25,084 nt of DNA from an uncultured archaeon (GTDB taxonomy: Archaea; Asgardarchaeota; Heimdallarchaeia; Heimdallarchaeales; Kariarchaeaceae). How positions within the stretch are numbered: position 1 is the stretch's first letter; the number at the start of each line of letters is the position of its first letter. A model generated the notes under the pieces. It ran no database searches, had not been told where the DNA came from, and saw only the letters and a list, made by a program, of their open reading frames with translations. A program made the position numbers and the translations under genes. The stretch covers positions 18,270 through 43,353 of the forward strand of contig CAZYCQ010000024.1 in the NCBI GenBank assembly GCA_964645535.1, given 5' to 3'. Shown one piece after another: positions 17,566-25,084 of the stretch.

Positions 17566-18591
17566 GTGGGTTCGAGGATTGGAATATTAACGAAATTGAA
17601 AGATCGTTTTTCTGCTCTTGAAGAGTTTGCAAAACGAAGAAACTTTGAACCGTCCGAATTTAACCCACAAACCACCAATGAGTTTGATCTATTGATTGTT
17701 GACGTTGATGCAATAAATAGCAAATTCAGCAAATCAATCAAAAGCATTACAGAGCCAGTGCTTTTTGTTTCATTTCCAGATACTAAAAAAACAGGAGGCA
17801 AAGCAAAAGTCCCGGAAGATCTCTTGGATACTCTTTTCAAAGCAGATTTTGTTGAAATCGAGATAAAGGATGGAAAGATCTATCCAGAATTTATTGTTCA
17901 CTTCAAGATCGGAGTGTTACTGAAATTAAAAAAGGGAACACAAACTTTGAGAATTCGAGAAGGAAAGAGCAAAAAAGAAACCCCCCTTGTAGAAAAAGCA
18001 AACTTCCAGAAAAAAATTGATGCAAAATCAGCCCTAGTGGTAATTGGATCAAGTGCAGGGGGACCGGGAACACTTGTTAAGTTGTTTTCTCAAATTAAGA
18101 AACCAACACCACCCCTTGTCATTGTTCAGCACATTACGACAACCTTTGCTGAAACTTTGGCAAACCGATTGAATAAGGTCTCTTCAGTGAAGCTAAAATT
18201 GGCAAGAAATGGAGATCTGCTTCAAAACAATTGTGCATATCTTGCCCCTCCAGAAACACATCTTGAGTTTGAACAGATTGGAAACAAAGTGAAGATCATA
18301 TTATCTGACGGTCCTAAAGTCAATTTTGTCAAACCCGCAGTTGACATCACGCTTTTCTCAGCAGCAAGACTGAAAGGGATCTATCCAATATCCATAATTT
18401 TGACAGGAATGGGAAGTGACGGCAAAGAAGGATCTAGGATAATCAAACGAGCGGGGGGAACTGTAATTGCATTAAATGAAGAAGATTCAGTTGTTTTCGG
18501 AATGAACCGGTCAGTCATAGAGGCAAATCTAGCAGATTTTGTGGTTTCCCTTGATCAAATCCCAGGGTTATTGAGAAAGTTGACATATTAA
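17566..18591 (+). CDS. cheB: CheB methylesterase with a degenerate N-terminal receiver-like domain
   Basis: Catalytic motifs IGSSAGG, IVQH and LTGMGSDG, plus KPAVDITLFS and SVVFGM. The N-terminus keeps DLLIVD but lacks the acidic DD pair and the KP motif. Confidence 0.92.
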   Translation: MGSRIGILTKLKDRFSALEEFAKRRNFEPSEFNPQTTNEFDLLIVDVDAINSKFSKSIKSITEPVLFVSFPDTKKTGGKAKVPEDLLDTLFKADFVEIEIKDGKIYPEFIVHFKIGVLLKLKKGTQTLRIREGKSKKETPLVEKANFQKKIDAKSALVVIGSSAGGPGTLVKLFSQIKKPTPPLVIVQHITTTFAETLANRLNKVSSVKLKLARNGDLLQNNCAYLAPPETHLEFEQIGNKVKIILSDGPKVNFVKPAVDITLFSAARLKGIYPISIILTGMGSDGKEGSRIIKRAGGTVIALNEEDSVVFGMNRSVIEANLADFVVSLDQIPGLLRKLTY

Positions 18592-19496
18592 CGAGTAGTT
18601 TCTTGAAGAAAGTCAATTATCAAATCATTGACAAGTTGAGGATGCTCTAAATAGGGCATATGACCACATTCATCGATTAAAACCAATTTTCCACCAGTCA
18701 GCTCTGCCGCGGTTTCAGCATGTTTTGGGGGAAGAACCTTATCGTTCCTTCCCCAAATTACAAAAGTCGGGATATTTTCTTTCTTGATTTCTTCTGCCAC
18801 ATTTTGGATCTCCTGAACCACTTCAGGATGCTGACCACGAAATGTCATCATCTCTTTGAGGACATATTCATATGCAGGACGTGTCTCAATCCTTGAACGG
18901 TAATAGATGTTCTTCTCGATAATGTATTCGGGCAAGGAATAAGGATCATGCACCACCGGCTTCCATGAGTTCCGTCCATTCATTCCTTTCATGCCACCAT
19001 TGATTGCCATTCTTACGGTCAATAGATTAATCAACGGTAAGGAAGCAAGTTTGTATAGGAACCAGACATCTTTGCCGAAACCAGCAGGGGAAATCAAAAT
19101 GAATCCTTTGATTCTTTCCTTTTTCAGAGGCCACAGCCCTAATGCGACACCCCCTCCAAAAGAATTCCCTCCAATGAAGAAGTCTTCAATTCCCTGTTTT
19201 TCTATCCATTTGCCAATTGCCTTTGAAAAAACTTCAGGGGAAAATTGGAAGGAAGGGGAAATCATGCTTTTCCCAAACCCAACATTATCAATGGCAAATG
19301 GTTGATAACCAGCTTCTGCGAGGGCTGAAAAGTTGTAAAGATAGGTTTCTGCAAAACCGCCGATACCAGGAAGCAGAAGAACAGGAACACCTCCAGGATT
19401 TTCCTGTAGTTCTATATGTCGAATGGTACATTTTCCTCTGTGGAGCTCAATGTCCGTGAAAACCTCTTGAAAGTTGGGACTTGGGAAATCTTCCAC
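18588..19496 (-). CDS. Alpha/beta fold hydrolase
   Basis: LLPGIGG, D..GFGKS, nucleophile elbow GNSFGG, WGRND and CGHMPYLE. Confidence 0.92.
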   Translation of the reverse strand: MEDFPSPNFQEVFTDIELHRGKCTIRHIELQENPGGVPVLLLPGIGGFAETYLYNFSALAEAGYQPFAIDNVGFGKSMISPSFQFSPEVFSKAIGKWIEKQGIEDFFIGGNSFGGGVALGLWPLKKERIKGFILISPAGFGKDVWFLYKLASLPLINLLTVRMAINGGMKGMNGRNSWKPVVHDPYSLPEYIIEKNIYYRSRIETRPAYEYVLKEMMTFRGQHPEVVQEIQNVAEEIKKENIPTFVIWGRNDKVLPPKHAETAAELTGGKLVLIDECGHMPYLEHPQLVNDLIIDFLQETTR

Positions 19497-19609
19497 AATT
19501 AAGAATATGAATCCAATTATATTACTTCTCCCTTATTATCTTTTTATCATTTCAAATTACTACAATCAATAAATAGATTAATTGCAGAAATATAACTAGA
19601 GGTATATAA

Positions 19610-21445
19610 TTGAAATATTCATGGATGACGAGGGTCAATGAATTTTCAAAATCAGGAAAGATTCGGGAAGAAATTGACTTTCCAGACTCCATTGAGCACA
19701 AAATCAAAACAGAAATTCTTGAAATGCGATTAAGGAAAGGGTTATTTCAAGAGGAATTAGAGGATATTGATGGTTTAAGACAAGCATCTGAGGAAGCTCT
19801 CGAAGTAGCCACTCAACTGGGAGATAAAATAGGATTACAAAAAGCCTATGTGCTCAAGGCATATTATGCATTGGTTACATCAAACATCAAAGAAGGAAAG
19901 AGGTTCATAGACAAAGCCATGGAATTGGAAAAAGGAAAAAATGAAGATCTCGTAAGCGGAGAGATTCATTATCTGAAAGGGATTTTCCATTATCTTAATC
20001 ATGAAATTGAGAAGGCAATCACCCATTTGGAAAAAGCAATTGTGATCCGAAAGGCATTGGGGGAGATGAAATTGGTGGCACAGGCCCTGAACGCAAAAGC
20101 AATTATTTTTGAGAAAGCAGGGGATATCCAATCAAGCATTCGAGATTACAAGCGTTCATTGGAAATCAAGGAAAAGGAAAGAGATGCACTCTCGCTTGCA
20201 AGAGGGCATCATGATATATCAAGTCTTTACTATTCGATAGGAGAATTGACAAAAGCATCAAAACATATTGAGAAAAGCATAGAGATTTCCAGACATATCA
20301 ATTCAGGTCAAATAAATCATGCAAATTTCATAAAGGCTTTGATTGAATATTCCAAAGGAAATTTTGAATTATCCTTATTGTTGGTAAACGATTGTATTGA
20401 CTACTTTTCAAAAAGAGAGGATGTTTCTGCATTGATGAAGGCATATCAATTGAAAAATTCTATTCTTATGGAGAAAAAGGGGGATAGGACAGAATTGGAG
20501 CAAAAAGTGGATAGGCTCCTGCAGAAGAATCCTCAAAATAGGGAATTGCAGATTGAAAAAAACATTTTCAAAGCCAAGAATCTCATTTCCAATAAAAGAC
20601 CTCAAGCAAAGTTCAGTGCATATGACCTTCTTGATAGCGTTATTGATCAAGATGAGGGATTTACCCCAGCAAAGCTTAGGGCAATGGTTTTGAAATGCAC
20701 CTTGCTTCTCGAGGAAATAGAGGCATACCCCAATGAAGTTGCAATACAGCAACTCCAAAATCTTGCAAGAGAGATATTGCAATTTGGAGAACGGCAGAAA
20801 TCACCAATTCATAGAATCAGGGGCCTTATGTTCTTAGGAAAACTGAAAATCATCGAACAGGATACGAATGAAGGATTGAAGTGGCTTCAAATGGCTTTCG
20901 ATATTGCAGAAAAGAAGGGTTTGGTACAATTAACCAAGATTATTTCAATTGAATACAAAAAGATAAAGCAACTTAGTGGACACACAGAAGCGTCAAGTAA
21001 TCTTCAACATTTCAATAACCATATGTTCAAGCCCAATCACGAAGAAATTATTTCACATTCAAAAGAAAAACCAATAATGATCGTCTTGATCAATAGAAGT
21101 GGAATTGCGAAATATTCAAAGCTAATCAACCATGACACGCTCAATGTTGATCTAATTGCCTCCTTCATTTCAGCAATGCAGGCATTTTTGGTTGAAGCTT
21201 TCAACAGGAAAGAACAATTGAGGTATATTTCAAACGAAAATTATGGGTTGGTGTTTGAAGAGTTTGATGGAAACACCATATGTTATGTATTTATAGGGAA
21301 CCCATATCATCCCCTGCAAAAGATAACCATACTGAAAGAGAAAATCGTCAGGTTGGGAATTGAAACAAGTATCAACCAAAAGGAAATACTGAGCGAGGAA
21401 ATAAAAACCAAAATTGATGCAATATTGGAAGAGATAATTTTTTGA
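19610..21445 (+). CDS. TPR protein with a C-terminal longin/roadblock-like domain
   Basis: Multiple TPR units, then IVLINRSGIAKYS...DLIASFISAMQAFLVEAF...ENYGLVF...ICYVFIG. GAGGT lies upstream of the TTG start. Confidence 0.8.
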   Translation: MKYSWMTRVNEFSKSGKIREEIDFPDSIEHKIKTEILEMRLRKGLFQEELEDIDGLRQASEEALEVATQLGDKIGLQKAYVLKAYYALVTSNIKEGKRFIDKAMELEKGKNEDLVSGEIHYLKGIFHYLNHEIEKAITHLEKAIVIRKALGEMKLVAQALNAKAIIFEKAGDIQSSIRDYKRSLEIKEKERDALSLARGHHDISSLYYSIGELTKASKHIEKSIEISRHINSGQINHANFIKALIEYSKGNFELSLLLVNDCIDYFSKREDVSALMKAYQLKNSILMEKKGDRTELEQKVDRLLQKNPQNRELQIEKNIFKAKNLISNKRPQAKFSAYDLLDSVIDQDEGFTPAKLRAMVLKCTLLLEEIEAYPNEVAIQQLQNLAREILQFGERQKSPIHRIRGLMFLGKLKIIEQDTNEGLKWLQMAFDIAEKKGLVQLTKIISIEYKKIKQLSGHTEASSNLQHFNNHMFKPNHEEIISHSKEKPIMIVLINRSGIAKYSKLINHDTLNVDLIASFISAMQAFLVEAFNRKEQLRYISNENYGLVFEEFDGNTICYVFIGNPYHPLQKITILKEKIVRLGIETSINQKEILSEEIKTKIDAILEEIIF

Positions 21446-21501
21446 GTCACATTTAATGGAGTCCCCCTATGCTTTTAATCAAAATCGACAAAAAGACAAT
21501 T

Positions 21502-21525
21502 GGTTAAAACTGGTTGGTTTTAACC
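21502..21525. terminator. Hairpin between convergent genes
   Basis: GGTTAAAAC-TGGTTG-GTTTTAACC has perfect 9-bp arms and lies between the stops at 21445 and 21545. Confidence 0.45.
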
Positions 21526-21544
21526 TCCTGCGAACCTAACACTC

Positions 21545-22309
21545 TCAGCTAGTCTTTAGCTGAGAGTCGCCACCCCTTTTTCGTTTGAAACGACGTTTTT
21601 TGACACCTTGTTTCTTTCTGCTGAAACGGGTTTGTCTAGCCCATAAAAACAGAAACACTGCGACAATGATAATCACCACAAGGTCGAAAAACAAGAACAG
21701 GAATTGAAGAAAAGGAGTCCATATTCGAGGAATACTACGTAAGAGAAAAAATATGAGAGAAACAAAAAGATAAATGGAAAATCCAATAGGAATGATGGTA
21801 TAAGCAATAGCTTTTCGGCTTTCCATGACATCTGTGAGGTCAATGTTGTAATCTGTCACCTCAAGGTTAAGAAGAGCGTTCTCAAGCCTTTGCTTGACAG
21901 CTACAGATTTAGGTATGAAAATTTCGCCCCTCAGTTCCAGCATTTGAAGAATTATGGCAGTTGTTATCAATTTGAGGAACAGAAGGGTGGCAATGATCCA
22001 AGTCACGGCAAAATTCCAGTCAGCATATGGCATAAGAAAAATCCACAGAACCAAGAAGACAATCTCAAAAATACGGATCAGCACAGACCTTTGGGTTTCT
22101 TCAGTAAGCAGGACGGCAGTTCCGTAAAGAACAAAGATCAAAGTATTGAGAAACAACACGGAAAAGTCACGTTCATAAATAGAAATTCCAATAAACAGAA
22201 TCAATATGCCGGCAGCAGCAAAAAAATCTAGGAGATTATATGGAAAATAGAAAGAGCCAGAGGGGTAACCGGGTTTCCAGTCTTCTTGAATGATGGGGTC
22301 TTCTCGCAT
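21545..22309 (-). CDS. Hypothetical membrane protein (about 6 TM, basic C-terminal tail), last gene of the MoxR operon
   Basis: Hydrophobic segments, a Lys/Arg-rich tail, a GGTGA ribosome-binding site and a 6-nt gap from the DUF58 stop. Confidence 0.8.
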   Translation of the reverse strand: MREDPIIQEDWKPGYPSGSFYFPYNLLDFFAAAGILILFIGISIYERDFSVLFLNTLIFVLYGTAVLLTEETQRSVLIRIFEIVFLVLWIFLMPYADWNFAVTWIIATLLFLKLITTAIILQMLELRGEIFIPKSVAVKQRLENALLNLEVTDYNIDLTDVMESRKAIAYTIIPIGFSIYLFVSLIFFLLRSIPRIWTPFLQFLFLFFDLVVIIIVAVFLFLWARQTRFSRKKQGVKKRRFKRKRGGDSQLKTS

Positions 22310-22315
22310 GACTTT

Positions 22316-23896
22316 TCACCTTTTTCGTCGCCTTTTTCCAGAAAGATCCATTGCTTTTTTCAATTCCAGAAGGATATTGGTGTTGTATCCGTCAATGAGA
22401 TGGAACCAAGCACCTGCTGCAACAACGGCCTTTCTCATTTCCCTTATTTTGACCAAATAGGTTCTGCGAACAGTTGGTTCTAGAACGGATCTTCTGAATT
22501 CCACTTCATCGACATCATACGTGGTGGCATCTGAATAGCGTTCCAGCCAAAGAGTGCCAAAAGCGGGAGTATTGCAAGCAAAAAGGAAGATTCTCTGGAC
22601 ATAAGGCCTGATCTTGACTAGGCCAAGTTTTACAGTGTTTGGATCCATTTCCACATCAGTCAGCATGATGACCACAGTATCATAAAGCTTGTTGACCATC
22701 AGAGAACGGAAGACTGCGTCATAATCGAACTCAGTCCCTTCGGGAAGGACATTATGCAATTCAATACCGAGTCTGCGTATCGTTGCAGGAGAGACACCAA
22801 CGCTTATCTTACGCAATTCACGATGACCTATTGCGAGGATATGAGTTGAATGTTCTGTCCTTCTCAGAGCTTTGGCGAGCTCAACAGCAGAGGAGAAAAT
22901 GAATTCAAGTTTTGGACCGGCCATCATGAGCGAACAATCCAAGACAATCACAAATCTGAGTTGCCGGGGTTCTTCAAATTCCTTGGAAATAAGTTTGTTG
23001 TACTTTGCAGTGGCCTTCCATGCAATGTTGCGGATTTCATCTCCAAATTCGAAATCCTTGAGGGAGAGAAAGTCGGAGCCAGAACCACGTTGAGGAACCG
23101 AAATTTCAGAGATAAATTGATCCAAGATTTTCTGTTTGAGCGACCATGGTAATTGTACACGTTGAGGTTCAGGAAGAACGATAATTTGAATTTTTGGAAC
23201 AACTGCCTTGTGAACATAGAACAGACCAGGAATGCCGTTTATTTCCAATTGGATACGGCGGATTAGTTCCTTGCCTCTAGCTGGCACATAAAACAAGAAG
23301 GTACGCGTGATAGTTCCTCCTTCCTTCGGAATATGGAAAATCGAGATGTTGGGAAGATAGACCGGAAAGAGTCCATCACTGACATCAAGTGTAAGTTTTC
23401 CATAGACCTTAGATTTGCTTGTCACTTTTACCTGAACTGGGACGAACATTTTTGCTTCAACCTGAACCGCAGGTACAAAAATCCCAATTTCAGAAATGTC
23501 ATTCATCCCTTGTTTTGATCTGAAAAACAACAGAAAGAAAATCAGCAGGGGAGGAAAGGACACGAACATGATTATCGGGGAAAAGGAAAGAACACCAAAT
23601 ATGAAAATGAAGGCAGAAATGACAATGGTAAAGAAACCGGTGGGAGTAATTCCGAAAAAGGTAGGGACTTGGTCATATGAATAGGAAACAGATGACTGGA
23701 ATGTACCTTCTGATTGAGTCAGCCTATCCGATAGGAGAATTCCGCTTCTTGGATCCACCATTTGATCAACAAGATCCGTATCAAATGGAGATGTGTTGAG
23801 CAATCCAGGAAGTGCATCTTCCTCATCTATCTTATCATAGATGTCAAGAAGATCAGGAATGTAGGGGACTGGCTGGGATTGCTCTTCTTTCGACAT
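22316..23896 (-). CDS. DUF58 domain membrane-anchored protein (vWA-like C-terminus)
   Basis: GSGSDFLSLKDFEFGDEIRNIAWKATAK..LISKEFEE, LDCS..M and two N-terminal TM helices. ATG 23896 follows GAGGGA. Confidence 0.9.
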   Translation of the reverse strand: MSKEEQSQPVPYIPDLLDIYDKIDEEDALPGLLNTSPFDTDLVDQMVDPRSGILLSDRLTQSEGTFQSSVSYSYDQVPTFFGITPTGFFTIVISAFIFIFGVLSFSPIIMFVSFPPLLIFFLLFFRSKQGMNDISEIGIFVPAVQVEAKMFVPVQVKVTSKSKVYGKLTLDVSDGLFPVYLPNISIFHIPKEGGTITRTFLFYVPARGKELIRRIQLEINGIPGLFYVHKAVVPKIQIIVLPEPQRVQLPWSLKQKILDQFISEISVPQRGSGSDFLSLKDFEFGDEIRNIAWKATAKYNKLISKEFEEPRQLRFVIVLDCSLMMAGPKLEFIFSSAVELAKALRRTEHSTHILAIGHRELRKISVGVSPATIRRLGIELHNVLPEGTEFDYDAVFRSLMVNKLYDTVVIMLTDVEMDPNTVKLGLVKIRPYVQRIFLFACNTPAFGTLWLERYSDATTYDVDEVEFRRSVLEPTVRRTYLVKIREMRKAVVAAGAWFHLIDGYNTNILLELKKAMDLSGKRRRKR

Positions 23897-23904
23897 GAAA
23901 TCCC

Positions 23905-24852
23905 TCACACCGTTACAGGCACGTCACGAATGACAGAGGCCAAGATCTGTTCAATCGGGATCTGCTCGACCTCTGCTTGAGGTGTTAGAATAATCCGATG
24001 GTTCAATACATGGTAGAAAAGTTGCTTGATATCATCCGGTTCAACATATGATCGACCATTCATTGCAGCCCAAGCCCTTCCCAATGTCATAAGGGCAAGA
24101 CTTGCACGGGGAGAACCACCCAAAGACAAGGATGGAAGAAAACGAGTACGTACGACCAATCGTCCGATATATTCGAGGATTTGATCGGAGATTTCCACCA
24201 ATTCTATTTCTTTTTGCACCTTGATGATTTCTGCCGCATTGGTGACCACATTGACTTCTGGGACATATTTTGCACGTTTGGATTTCAATATCTCTAGTTC
24301 GTTGTTGTAGTCCGGCAGATGCATGATCAGACGGATCATAAAACGGTCTAGTTGTGCTTCGGGCAAGGGATATACCCCTACCTGTTCAATGGGATTTTGC
24401 GTTGCCATAACAAAGAAAGGTTCTTCAAGGGCGTAGGAAGTCCCTTCAACAGTAACTTGCCTTTCCTGCATGGATTCCAACAGTGCAGCCTGTGTTTTTG
24501 GAGGAGCACGGGAAATTTCATCACAAAGAACCACATTAGCAAAAATTGGACCGGGAATGAATTTGAATTCAAGATTCTTAGGATCATAGATTGAGGATCC
24601 AGTGATATCAGCAGGCATCAGATCCGGAGTAAATTGGATTCTTTTATAGTTCAACCCCAGAACGTCTGCCAAAGTACTTGCCAAGTAGGATTTGGCAATT
24701 CCCGGCACACCTTCGATCAGTACATGTCCTCGTGCAAAGAGTGTAGCCAATACCAAGTAGATATTCTGTTCATTACCGATGATCCTTTTCTTCATTTCTG
24801 AAACAATACGATCGGTTAAATCCTTGACGAATGTCAAGTCAACAGATGACAT
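23905..24852 (-). CDS. moxR: MoxR family AAA+ ATPase
   Basis: GHVLIEGVPGIAKS, RIQFTPDLMPADITG, DEISRAPPKTQAALLE, ATQNPIEQ.G.YPLPEAQLDRF and SPRA. ATG 24852 is preferred. Confidence 0.95.
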   Translation of the reverse strand: MSSVDLTFVKDLTDRIVSEMKKRIIGNEQNIYLVLATLFARGHVLIEGVPGIAKSYLASTLADVLGLNYKRIQFTPDLMPADITGSSIYDPKNLEFKFIPGPIFANVVLCDEISRAPPKTQAALLESMQERQVTVEGTSYALEEPFFVMATQNPIEQVGVYPLPEAQLDRFMIRLIMHLPDYNNELEILKSKRAKYVPEVNVVTNAAEIIKVQKEIELVEISDQILEYIGRLVVRTRFLPSLSLGGSPRASLALMTLGRAWAAMNGRSYVEPDDIKQLFYHVLNHRIILTPQAEVEQIPIEQILASVIRDVPVTV

Positions 24853-24908
24853 GAACCATCCCCGAATGTAATACAAAATAAACATTAAGGTTTACAAAGC
24901 GCATTTTG

Positions 24909-25084
24909 TCATTCTTTTGCATCATCTTTCACATAAGGGATGCCGAAATAGTCAGGGCTTACATCATAGGTGATGGAAGAACGTTGGGAGAAAACCGGTA
25001 AGTCAAATATTGAGATTTCTCGACCCTCGTCTTTCTGCGACATGATGCCTTGAACAAACAATGGGTTCTTCTCAATGACATCAA
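24909..25084 (-). CDS. 3' end of an unidentified gene entering from beyond the window
   Basis: Open frame ...DVIEKNPLFVQGIMSQKDEGREISIFDLPVFSQRSSITYDVSPDYFGIPYVKDDAKE* ends at TGA 24909-24911. Confidence 0.6.
   Translation of the reverse strand, partial: DVIEKNPLFVQGIMSQKDEGREISIFDLPVFSQRSSITYDVSPDYFGIPYVKDDAKE

Overview
Densely coded, AT-rich archaeal chromosomal segment, most likely from an Asgard archaeon (Heimdallarchaeia-like). This is inferred from a TPR protein with a C-terminal longin/roadblock-like domain, an archaeal AF_0577-type radical SAM enzyme, TATA-like boxes and GGTGA/GAGG-type ribosome-binding sites. The centre holds a divergent chemosensory locus: an MCP and an unknown 124-aa helical protein on the minus strand, facing cheW, a 658-aa multi-CheW protein, cheY, cheA and cheC. 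A detached cheB with a decayed receiver domain lies 2.7 kb downstream. No cheR, cheD, cheF or archaellum gene is in the window. The left end has a membrane-protein gene missing from the ORF track, with CLN6-like motifs, directly downstream of a zinc-ribbon/(QYPQG)n/Yip1 gene and opposite a GH31 alpha-glucosidase. A small module follows: wHTH regulator, palindromic operator, MerB-like lyase and DUF1572/DinB. Other genes are a Mesh1-like HD hydrolase, a PlsC-like acyltransferase, MenA, an alpha/beta hydrolase, a second TPR protein and a MoxR-DUF58-membrane protein operon. No rRNA, tRNA, CRISPR array or mobile element was recognised. All family calls come from motif recognition by eye, without database searches.
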